Shown here piece by piece: positions 1 to 11,721 of a DNA stretch of 64,000 nt. Positions within the stretch are counted from its first letter, which is position 1, and the number at the start of each line of letters is the position of its first letter. The notes under the pieces were generated by a model. That model did not search any database. It saw only the letters and a program-made list of their open reading frames with translations, and was not told the origin of the DNA. Both the position numbers and the translations under genes were made by a program. The stretch is from Paramecium tetraurelia (Eukaryota), in the NCBI GenBank assembly GCA_000165425.1, contig CT867985.1:1-64000 (forward strand). The letters are read 5' to 3'.

Positions 1-1088
1 TAATTCCCTCTTAGTTCACAGAATTGGGTTCGTCCTGGAGTTCTGAGTCATTATTATTCAAAAAGCAATTATTCCTATTTACCCCTCATCAATATGAAAA
101 TTCAGAATAAGGGTTACTTTATACAGTTGCGGTTAGAGTTCCAATTATCTTGATAGATGTTATATTGGAAAATTGTATAAAGACCTTTTCAAAGTATACC
201 AAAAAATATTAGTTAATTTTAAGAAATTAATTTCTTAGAAGTTCAACTTTATTTAAAAAGGCAATCCTGTAGTTTAAACTTTAAATAAAAGTATTAAATC
301 TTTAATAATTGCTCTGAAAGTTTTATAATCTTGCTTAAAATTCTAAGTCTAATTTCTTGAATTTAAGTTTATGTTGTAAAAATAGAGAAATTGAAATTTT
401 TTTGAGGTTAAATTTTCTAGCCCCTTCAATACTTTTTTCTATAATTCATGGATTTTAATTCAAAAATTCAGTCACTTTCACCCATTTATTTTTTCCTTGA
501 TTAGATATAACTTTTTTTCTCATATCAAGCACAATTCTAATTTAAAGTAATCGATACCATTATATTTCAATTTTATTTCGTTTATAGATTAAATCTATAT
601 TTTTACCAGAATATATTATTTTCCAGTGTTTAAAGGATGATTTAAAAATATAAATGTCATAATCTTTTTATTAAAATAACCAACTTACACGTCCTCAATT
701 CAATTTATAAAATTAACCATTTTCCACACCTTCTTGGCCTCAGTCCAATTGAAAAGTCAAAATTAATAGAAAAAAAATTGTTAAAATTTGCAGGTAACAA
801 TAAGCATATTGTTAAAGTATAGATTAATGTGACTATTGAAGCTACTAATCTATTGCGTACTTCATTCGATCGCGTTAAATAAATCTATTCAATCCATTTT
901 TTTTTTTCAATCTCAACCTAAATATATCATTCTCTCTTCACTCTAAAACTTTACACTCTTCTTTTTGATCCTCTCCTTTTCTCTATCCAATTTCTTCAGT
1001 CTTAATTAAGTGCAGTTTTATTGGTCGACAGAATTTAAGTGAGGAAAGATGCATCAACTCCCCGTGCACATCACAACATTACCTCAAC

Positions 1089-1204
1089 GGCTGGCCAGAT
1101 GCTTAGGCTAGAAGACTGGGTAATCATCGGCTAAACAGAGGTCTAGGCTAGAAGATTGGGAACACACCAATGGCTGGACAGAGGTCTAAGCTAGGAAGAT
1201 TGGC
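1089..1204 (+). repeat. Three imperfect ~32-bp direct repeats (GGCTGGACAGAGGTCTAGGCTAGAAGATTGGG-like), period 40/43 nt; probable decayed coding minisatellite
   Basis: Copies start at 1089, 1129 and 1172. Each read in its own frame (code 6) gives GWPDAQARRLG / GQTEVQARRLG / GWTEVQAR. Confidence 0.8.
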
Positions 1205-2221
1205 TAAATACAATATAATTAGTATCCAAAACAATTTGCCTAGCAACAGCCACAAAGATCCAATTAAAAAATTTGCATTAACAAATTTTTCTAGTCAGCG
1301 AAATACAAAAAAAGTTATTTGGTGTAGAAAGTCTTAAGGAATTTGCCCCCATATTTAACCTTCGTATGGTATCTTAGGGATGGAAATTGCTACACTCTAT
1401 CAAAAATTATTTTTGAAACCTTTATTCCTTAAAGAAGGCAAAAAAATTCTACTAAGAAGGACATTTTTATAAATGACTTCATGATAAATTCTTAAATCTT
1501 TTAGATTATATAAAATTGTGTTGATATATTTTTGAATTGCTATCATATAGGTAGAATCTCTATTTAGTATCTTTGATACTAATATCATCTCTTCTATTAA
1601 GGCAATAGAGGCAATCAGTACAATTAACTGCTTTAGCTTTAGTTATGCGTGGAAAGGTATGGTAAGTTTTAATGTTTGAAAATAATTACATTTTGCTAAA
1701 ACTAATAGTCTTCAATAAGTCTCAACTAAATTTTCTGTAGAATTTAAAACGCAAGCTTGTAAGATTGTTTCGATTTATTTTATCCATATATTGCTATTGT
1801 GCTTGGTAGAAAGGAAGAGGAATTAATTTAAAGCATTTTAAGATAATTGTATTCTCTGACTAAGTTTCAATTGGTTGATAAATAATAATGGGTTTGAGAG
1901 AACCTTTATGTTGAAATCAAACCATAAAGATGAATATATGAGAGATATATGATTGCGTTATGTAGAATAGGCAACATTGGTACTACACATTTTGATTTGA
2001 AGATCATCTTAACAATATCGGCAAGTGATTTTTACTCCTTAAATAAATTAATTATGAGCTTTTCAAATTTTATTTAACTAAAAAATTAATGTGACTCTGA
2101 AATATTCGATAACACATTTGGGAATAGCCCTATCTTATTAATATACTTTACTATGGTTTAATAAAATGATAAACATTGAAATAATAAATTTATTGATATA
2201 TTTGATTTTTCTATTATATTA

Positions 2222-4210
2222 TCAGCCTATTACTGTAAATTCTCCAATTTTCTTCCCATTTGAATATTCTCCTTGAATAAATTTGATTTTAGTCCTAGAC
2301 ATTGATAAATTCCATTTACATGTTGAAATCATGTCTTATATCAATCCATAATCCGTGTTTTCTTCCCTACTCATTGTAATCTCCACCTCCTCTTAATATA
2401 TTATTAGAATTCTGATTTTATAAAATTTCCCAATTTCCCACTTTTATTCCATTTTTATATTCTCCTGCAAAAATGATCTTATTTAACCTTTGGTAATTAT
2501 ATATAGATAATCATATTACACCCAAAAATCGACACTTGGTTCAACCCAAAATCCATTTTTTAATTCATTTTCATCATATTCACCCCTTTAAATAAATAAG
2601 CATTCTACAAATTTTCAATAATTTATGGTAAATCATAATTCTAACATTAGTTATTCCAGCTTCCTACTTTCTTATTATTTATATACGTCCCTTTACATAA
2701 TAATTCGCTACTAAATAAATAAATTACTCGAAAAAAACATACCTGTTAAAATATTCTTAAAACTCTAACCATGTGCCGTACTTCATTCCATTTTCATCAT
2801 ACTTTCCTCCTCCACTAAATTAATTGTGTTAAAATTCATACATTGTCTCCTCTCCATAATAAATCCATTCACCATGTCTTTTTCCATCTGTGTAAGTTCC
2901 TGAAAAACAGATATACACTGGATCGAAATGAATTACTTCAATCCAGTCCCCTAATTTTTAACCAAAATTATCAAATTGTCCCCCTCCGCTAGAGTTTACA
3001 TGAGATAATACATAATATTTTACTCTTAGTCAATTATATCCCACTTTCCAACTTTTATTCCTTTTTCATATATTCCTACATTTATGGCTGGGCATTGCCT
3101 ATTATTAAGCTCAAATTCTACAAAAAATTATCATGAAGTTCAATCCATTTCCCAACTTTCAGCCCATCTTCATCATATACACCTCCAAAACTAAAATTAT
3201 TAACATAATTTAATAATTAAACATTTCTTCTTAAAAAAATTCTTCCCACATTTTGTAGTCATACTAAAGTTTAATTTACCATTCACCTTATCTCACATTT
3301 TCCTTGTAGTTGCCTGTTTAAATGATTCGGTTTTCACTAAAATAATTAAACAAATCAACCCAAATGAGAAATCATAGATATCCGACCATATTCCATTTTT
3401 TTATCCATTCATGTCATATGTTCCACTAATACTAAGTAATTATTTTTAAGATGTACGAAAGCTTCTCATCAAATTACATTTCCCAAATTCCAAATTTTCT
3501 TCCATTTTTATATTCTCCAATATTCACAATTTTTTATTTTTTATCGCTTAGAGAAGCTTAAAAGAAACTAAAACCATCGACAAATTCGATCCATTTTCCT
3601 TATTTAATTCCATAGTTATCATAGTAACCTCCTGCTTTGAAATGAAAAGTTTATTCTTTCTTTTTCGAGCTATATGAATAATAACAATATTCCCACTTTC
3701 CAATTCTCTTTCCTTTTTTGTATTCACCAAAAAAGTAGTATTATTCAAGACTAACAGATAAGTAAGGTTTTACTCTCGAAACATATTATAAGGTTCTTTC
3801 CAAAGTCCTATTTTGAAACCTCCTTCATCATAGTACCCTCCGGCATCTAATTTGTCACCATTCCAATAAGGAGTCCACTTTCCAATTTTTTTATTTTAGT
3901 TATCGTACTAACCATCCCATATCAAATATTTGAGAAAGTTAAAATCCTTGATTATCTCGTAATCTGAAAAATCTCCTTTTATCCAATCTCTAATATACAA
4001 ATTGATAATTAGAACCTTAACAAGATTTAACCATCTTTGAAATATTAAATACGATTGTTTTAATATTCTAATTAATACTCTATTTTTTCCTAAGAAATTT
4101 AAAAGTATTATTTTCCAACGATTCTTATTCTATTATTTTCATTAACTGTAATTGTATATATTTTTACTTTTAATTTATTTGGTTACTTTATCTTCTTATT
4201 CAAGATTCAT
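2222..4210 (-). CDS. Paramecium-type G-x-Y-x-N-G-x-K-x-G-x-W repeat protein (MORN-variant-like beta repeats), multi-intron
   Basis: Code-6 translation gives repeated units such as WDGQYDNQNKKIGKWTPYWNG, GGYYDEGGFKIGLWKE, GEYKKGKRIGKWE, GEYKNGIKVGNWE and GEYSNGKKIGEFTVIG-TGA. Short GT..AG introns. ATG at 4210 is provisional. Confidence 0.75.
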
Positions 4211-4640
4211 TTAATTTTTTAATGAATAAAAAAATTGATATCACAGAATTTGAACAGAAAATATTCAAATTTTTTAAAATTATGTTCCAAATATATTATG
4301 GTAATAAAATAATCTTTATTAAAATATTAATGTTCAAAATAAATCCAAAATATCCAAAGAAAAGATTATTTCAAATTTGGTATGTGTAAATATATTCATT
4401 AAAATATTGATAGAATCAATAATCACCAAATGTTATTTTTATGATAGTTCTTTATAATGAATTTAGTTGAAAAATTTCTATTAATTAATAAATGAATATA
4501 AATCTATTTTAATTGAATTTTTTTATTAAATGAGTCTAAATTGAATAGTCATTGAGGATACCAGTTCAATCTATCAGCCTAAATGTCTAAATTAACTATA
4601 AATAACAATATTTATTAAGTATTGAATTAAATTAAAAAAT

Positions 4641-5932
4641 ATGGAGAGAATTCAAGAAGCTTCTCTGTTTGAAAACTAAATCCATTTGATGAATAAACAC
4701 TTTAGATGAGAGCCAAATTTAATGAAAACTAATTTTAACATAAATGGTAAATTATAATAACATCGATAATTTCAGCTCGCTTATTGAAAAGCAGATTTAC
4801 TTCAATTTATGATCACATTTTTGAGAAATAATACTGAAATCAAAAATATATACGTCTTAAAAATGATTAGAACCTAATTAGCATGCATTCAAGATGGACC
4901 CTCGAACTATGTATACTTCTAATTATTAAGCATAAGTGGAATAGGAATTGAATGAATTCAATAATAAAATTGATGGGAAGTAAAGATTATAAAATAAACT
5001 GGATTCGGATGTTTAAGAAACCATTAGTGTTCAATAAAGCACGAGGAACTATTAAAAAATTTCTTCGGTTAAGTTCATTTTTAACTGTTAAGTAAGTATC
5101 CTAATACATTTTAATTTTTTAAATAACTATTTTTAATAGAAACTGGATTAAGTAGTAAGCTAGAAAAGAAATTATTTTAAAAATAACAGAATTCCAAAAT
5201 TTCAAATTTTTTGAGTAAAGTGTTCATACAATTGTATTTGTAATCTTCTTTTTACAAGATTTAATGCTAGGATTACTTGTTTTATGAACAAATTCTCCTC
5301 CATTCTTTTGAATTATACTGATATAAATTACATATGAGATTTTAATGGCTTGATAATGTAAACCTTGTTTTAATTATGAAAATTATATTAGCTTTAAAAA
5401 TACTAATTCAAACTTAAGTAAAGGTTCCATAATTGCGCTTAGAATATGAGATACTTATTTACTATAAGCAATTCCAAATTAAAAAAATTTATCGTTTTTA
5501 AAATAATTTCCATTCCAGAATAGCAAGTTATTTGAATTAATTTTGTATACTTATAAATTCTCAATTTTGATGAGTGTAAATTAGAAGAATTTTCAAATAG
5601 ATAATAATCGATTATTTAATTTAAAATATTTTACAAAAATCTTTTAGGCTTTATTAAATTAAATTTCAAAATAGAGATTTATGCAACTGTCAAGAAATTA
5701 TAAAATTTGATTTTTCATTTAAAAATTTAATACACTACGAAATATTTTGAGCAATTGTATAACATACTGAAATTAAAATTATCACAATTTAAAAAAATTG
5801 ATAATATTATACTCATTTCAATTTAATAGATAACATTCTGAAGTAGGAAAACAATATTAGTTAATAGAGTTAAGAGTTAAATTTGACAAATATAGTTTAA
5901 CTAAACTAATTTAGTTCTTCAGCATGTTCTTG
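4641..5932 (+). pseudogene. Degenerate coding-like region with no consistent long frame
   Basis: ATG 4641 reaches TGA after ~22 codons. There is an intron-like gtaaattataataacatcgataatttcag and a coding-like segment (AFKMDPRTMYTSNYQAQVEQELNEF...) bounded by in-frame TGAs. Boundaries are approximate. Confidence 0.25.
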
Positions 5933-6311
5933 AGAGATTTATAATTTAATTGCAACTAAGTATTGAATTAAAAAAATGTTAATGATAGCTCAAAAAAAAT
6001 GAGTTATTCTAAATACATGTAGAGAATTTGTAAAGGTAAATTAAAAATTATCATAAATTCTTGATGATATCATAAATGGAGCATTCTGAGGAAGTTCCTT
6101 CTGGGCCTGTTTCTTAGATGGATGAAAGGGGAAAGGCTTAGATGGGATGCATCGAAATCTAGAGAGGTCAAGAAATGAGAAGGGGAAAAAAGGTGAAGTT
6201 CAAGGAAAAATGAACCCCTGGAAACCGGTAGAGCCTAGATGCTCGGAGGAGGGTTGAATTAAATTAAATTGAAGTTAAATAAATTATATTATAAATTTCT
6301 AATTATATTTG

Positions 6312-8345
6312 TCAAATCTTTTCACGTAATTATTTTTGAGATCCTTGATTTTGTAGAAATCGCTCATAAATTAATGCTTTTCTATTTATTTGGAATTATT
6401 TTAATGAATCAGCTAATTTCTGAAAAAAGTACTAACTTTAATTTTAATAAAATTGAGGATCGATATTAATTTTTGATATAGCTTCCTCCCAATTTTTAAT
6501 AATATCCAAAAATCTTCCCTAATTTTCTAATGCTTTTTCTGAATAATATTTTTAATTATTACCTTTTTCAATGTAAAATTATAAGATTGAACCTTAAGTA
6601 TATCTGAAATTCGTTTGTGCTTATTAATTTTCTAATTACAAATGTAAAACTAAATCTATTAATTTATTACTTCTTTATTCTATTCCTTAATCTATGCATT
6701 CAATGGATTCTTAAAATTTATTCATTTTTTCTAAGGTTCTCACTTATAATCGTAATTTTATATTTTACTTTTGGCTTTGTAAAATGATAAATTCAACTAG
6801 TTTTTTCGAACTCCTTCATCCCAACAATCAAGAATTTCTAAATTTCTCCACTGCTTTTCTAATGCATTTGCTAAATTATTAGATTGAGTGCCATACCTTT
6901 TTAATAGTAATAATAAAAATTAGTCTCATTTTTTTTGATACAATAATCCCAGCATTCAATAATTTCCTGAAACCTATTTTATTTTTCTAGTGCATGACCT
7001 ATGACCATAAAGGATTTATTTTTACATTTTTCTAAACAGAATTAATATTAATTATATTAATTATAAAGATTGCTTTCAATTCCTAATTGCCAAATTAATA
7101 TGATTTCTTCAAATTTTGATATTTTTGCTAATGCATTTGCTTTAGTTAAACATTTTCTTACTTAATTTGACATAAAAATGATATTCGCTCTTTAAATAAT
7201 TATTATTTGAACCCCAATAATCTATGATTTCTTATTTTTTTCCTTAATTAACTAAAGCTAAAACTAAAATATCAATATTCATAACTCCTTTCCAAAACAG
7301 CCCATTAGACATTTCTATTATTTGATATGGCATGATCCCAACACGCAATGATCTCTTCATATCTTTACTGTTCTTCTAATGCCTTTGCTAAAATATGAGA
7401 GGATTCTACATTTTTCATAGTAGAATAATTTGTTATGTGGGTTTTATTCTATACCTTTTTACCAACAATCTAAAATTTATAATTTATAACCATATCTTTT
7501 TAATGCTGAAGCTAAAAATAGACACATTAATACCTTTATACAGATAAAAGTTAAGATTTGACAAATTTTATAAAATCCCTTGATCCCAACATTCTAAGAT
7601 TTCTTAAAATTTGCCTTATCTTTCTAATATTTAAGCTAAGAATTAGTATAATTGTACTTTTTTGTAAATAAAAATATAATTCGCTTTAATTTTATAATAT
7701 AAGAGTATCCCAATAATTAATAATTTCATTATCTTCACCTTACTTTTCTAAGAGTTTTGCTAGATACATTAAAAAGTAGATAATACATTTTTCTATGTAA
7801 TAACATTTTTAATTAGCATCGTATTGAATTGCTTGATCCCAATTATTTATGATTTCATTTAGTTTACTTTACTTTTCTAAAATTATTGCTAATTTAATTG
7901 CAAAAAATAGGAACCTTTTTATTAATAAAATTCGCATCTATTATAATTTCTTTCAATTCCTTAATTCAAACAATTTAAAGCCTCTTAATATTTTTATGTT
8001 TTTTCTAAAATAAGAGCTAAAATAAATAATGACAACAACACCTTTTTCCTTGTAAAAAGAAATTTTTGAAATATTGTTTTTTATTCCAATATCCCACAGT
8101 TCAATAATCTCAGAAATTTTATTTTAATTTTGTAGTATGAGTGCTAACAATATCAATCAATTTTACCAATTTCTTAGTAAAGGAGGATGTTATGTTTTTT
8201 AGAATTTATTATTGATTTTAACAATACTAATGCTTCTTCTTCTTTACCTTCTAGTTTTAGAGCGTTTGCTAAGTATAAAATATTTTGTACCTTTTACGAT
8301 ACATTTATGAGTAGAAAATTCTGAAATAATTTTTTTAGTTTTCAT
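6312..8345 (-). CDS. Tetratricopeptide-repeat (TPR-like) protein, ~15 phase-1 introns, one 34-aa repeat per exon
   Basis: Repeats of the form A-x-ALEK-x-x-R-F-x-EII-x-x-WD-x-GI...FY-x-x-K. Introns at 8269-8290, 8144-8166, 8017-8041, 7889-7914, 7760-7786, 7636-7657, 7512-7533, 7388-7409, 7258-7285 and further down. TGA at 6312-6314. Confidence 0.85.
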
Positions 8346-8714
8346 CAATTTGATAAGATTAATAAAAGAATTTAATAATAAATTATTAAAACTACTTTGT
8401 GATCAAATTTGATATATTTTGGATGAAATAATAACTATATATTAAAATTCATATCATTAAGCGATTAATATAACCGAAATATTTACAAGAATTATTTAAA
8501 AATTAGATTATATGTAGATTTAATTTGAAAATCTTGTAACAACAGTATCTAATTTTAATTGAAAAATATTGATCTCTCTTAAAAAATTCATATTTCTAAA
8601 ATAAAGAGATTATTTTGGTATTTTGAGTATGTTCTTAAGATAAATATAATTAAACATTTGTAATATAAATACAAAACAATAATTATTTTCATATTAATAA
8701 TTGATTGATAATAA

Positions 8715-9330
8715 TCAGAGGTTTTAATACTTTTTGTTTACAAATTCAAGGAGCTCTTTATAACATGTTTCAAAATTATCATTAACAATGAAATGATAAA
8801 ATTAAAAAGATTTAGCTTTTTCAATTTCAGTTTCTGCGTTCTTGATTCTCTTCTCCACAACATCAGATGTTTCAGTTTTTCTTCCAATTAATCTTTCTCT
8901 AAGAATGCTGATAGATGGTGGTAGTATAAATATGTTTACGCATTAGTTATTCAATTATCTATTTATTTTTTCAGCTCCTTAAACATCTATCTCTATAAGA
9001 GGTATTTTATTTTATTTAATGATATCGTTTATTTGATTTTTAGCAGTGCCATATAGATTTCCATGAACTTCACAAACCTCTAGAAACTCATTATTTTTGA
9101 TATTTTCCTCAAAGACATCTTTGTTTACAAAATGATAATTGACGCCATTCTACTCATTTGGTCTTGGTTTTCTAGTAGTCAGACTCACACTGTAAACAAA
9201 GCTTTGGCTATTTTATAGTAATCTGGTGACTAATGATCCCTTTAATAAAATAATTATGTACTTTGCCAACTCCACTCGGGCCAGAAACTATTAAAGGTTT
9301 AATTGTGGAAAATTTATAAATTGCTTTCAT
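8715..9330 (-). CDS. Guanylate kinase (197 aa), possibly mitochondrial
   Basis: P-loop [14 protein letters not shown] across a 22-nt intron (9240-9261), then [33 protein letters not shown] and [18 protein letters not shown]. Spliced length is 594 nt. Confidence 0.95.
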
Positions 9331-9547
9331 TAATATTTTATAATTAATATTACTATAATTTTGGCAAGCATTTCGAGAATTCTTAAGCCCAATATATTGA
9401 TTTCGTTGATTAATTTTGTATTAGTAATAGATAAAGCTTATAATATCACAAGTCATTGACACTTTTGAATTTCAATTTTTGAAACTATCCTATTTGTTTT
9501 TTTATATTGTAAAATAATATCTGATATTTATCAATATATATACTAAA

Positions 9548-10841
9548 TCAATTCCAATATTCATCTTTATTAAGATGATGATTAATCATTTCATATAGGA
9601 CTTATGGTTAATCAAAAACAGCAGCATGGCCTGCATTGTATATTGTTACCATAGTAAACTTCTCTGTTTTTTTGAAATTGCCGACTGTTCTTCCATTACT
9701 TTTAAAAATAGATTTTTATGCTGATTTCCATTAATAAATTTAATCTGACTTAAAGGTTGATAACCAATTTTGTGTTCCGGCTGGATTTATGCTTGCGTCC
9801 ATCTAACCATTATAGAAAAGGACTGTTCCTTTGTTTAGTAAGTCTTCAATAATTTTGGTCAAATCAAAAGAGAAATCAGGTTCCATCTGCTATTTTACTT
9901 ATTAATTACAAACTTAAGTAATAGTGTTTGTAATTCCAAACTAATCTTTATATTTACTCATAAAATTAATCCACTCATTTGATCTTATTTCTCCTTGTTT
10001 TAGTAAGATATTTGATACATCAGTTTTTGCAAAATTCTCTAATTTATTAAAGTAAGATGTAAATGCTGATCCAGCTAATTTATCCTACTACTTTAATATC
10101 ATCGATTATAATAGATATTCTTCTTTCTTTGTAATTTTCTTAAATTCATCGCTTATATACCCATTCACATATAAGTATGAAGATATTGATGAAGTTTAAT
10201 ATAACATACTTTATAATCCATTTCCAATTATAATTCCTTAATAATTGAACTTGATGTCACTATTAAGTAAACTATTGGAAAATAGAGGAGCAAAGTGACC
10301 TGTGTAACTGAATCCAGTAAGGTAAGTCTATGCTTATTAGAATTCGGGATGAACCTTGAAAAATTCAACCATAAATTCTACAAAATAACCTGAAGCTTGT
10401 AATGTTGAATTAATTTATATATCTCCTTAGCTAAATCCAGTTCCAAAGGGTTGATCAATGAATAAAATTGAAGCAAAATCATTCCAACTATTATCCTTTT
10501 TTTGAATTGTAAAGTCAGCATCAGATTTTTCAATATGGAATGGACCAATCAATTCATAAAATGCACTTTATGATGAACAACCAGGACCTCCTTAAAGCCA
10601 AATCAAGAATATGTTGTCTTTTGTGATTGTTTACTCGTTGAACCCTTTTTAGTAAACTAATTGATAAAACATATTATTCTTTTCTTTTAACAATCCTGTA
10701 GCTGATCCACTTTCAACATCAAAATCAATCGCTAAATACTTGTTATATAATTCTATGAGCTTGTAATTAATTTGGATTACCTTTTAAAGATTTCCTATTG
10801 ATAGCGGCATGTGCAAAATAAATAAGAATGCAAAAAATCAT
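9548..10841 (-). CDS. Serine carboxypeptidase (peptidase S10) with signal peptide
   Basis: FLIWLQGGPGCSS, ELIGPF, FIDQPFGTGFS, nucleophile motif GFSYTGH, YNGQMD and IYNAGHAAVFDQP. Hydrophobic N-terminus MIFCILIYFAHA. Confidence 0.93.
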
Positions 10842-11189
10842 TAAATAATTAATGAAATATTTACTAAAATAATTATATAAATGTTTGAATAACTTCCAAT
10901 TGTAAATTAAATTAATAAGCTATCTATTTATACACATTTGAAATTACATACCTCTATTGATAATAGTAGAATAAGAAATTGATAAAATAAAACCTATTCT
11001 TTGTGAATTTTGTTATTAAATTAATTCTCCACTTATATTTTTTCAATTTTGTAAAGGAAGAGAATATTTATTGATGTCAAATAAAAGTGGTACTGTCCTA
11101 AAGCGAATGTAACAGTGTTTTTACATTTTCAATAGATACGATTATTGATATTTAGGTTTAATTGATAAAAACGATATAAATAAAAATAA

Positions 11190-11487
11190 ATGGCAGATAA
11201 AGGCGGAGCCAAAGGAGGAGCAGGAGAAGAGGGAAAGGAAGGAGAAGATAAAGAGCCAGAGAAAGGATGTTGCGATAAATATGCTGAATGCTTAGTCGTG
11301 ACTGGTAAAGTAAATAATTGATTTCTATATTCAGGCTGTCTACTCTTGTTGCCTGGCTATTTGTACCTGTATAAGAGAATGTTTGGCATTTATTTGGTAC
11401 CCATGCAAAGAAAGATGTTGCGGTTGTCTTGATAATTGTGACAAGCATTACAATTAATGGAAGGATGAAGGATTTACAGATGTATGA
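11190..11487 (+). CDS. Small cysteine-rich protein (90 aa, 13 Cys)
   Basis: MADKGGAKGGAGEEGKEGEDKEPEKGCCDKYAECLVVTGK|AVYSCCLAICTCIRECLAFIWYPCKERCCGCLDNCDKHYNQWKDEGFTDV-TGA. 25-nt intron at 11310-11334. GC-rich compared with its flanks. Confidence 0.85.
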
Positions 11488-11721
11488 AATTGAGTACTGC
11501 AGATTTTGTTTTTATAATTAAATTTTCTCCATAAAGACCATTTTTGTTTTTCAGTTATTTACATAAAATCTAGATACAATTTCGAAAAAATAATGTAATT
11601 CTAAATAAAAGTCTGCAATATATTATAGAGATTTGTAAGTGTAAGATATAAGTATCTAGTTTCTAATGAAAATAAATTACTCAGACCATGGTCTTATATT
11701 TATAATACAAAATAATTAAAA

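Noticed and set aside
1089..1204. CRISPR-like array of ~32-nt repeats
   Set aside because: Only three imperfect copies, spacers of 8 and 11 nt, no cas genes, and a eukaryotic context.
637..1415. A ~259-codon code-6 ORF on the + strand
   Set aside because: With TGA as the only stop, ORFs this long arise by chance. It crosses a T11 run, reads the three repeats in three different frames and has no recognisable motif.
6211..6213. In-frame TGA as selenocysteine (also considered in the J-domain remnant and the kinase-kelch gene)
   Set aside because: No selenoprotein-like context such as CxxU, and no SECIS that I could recognise.
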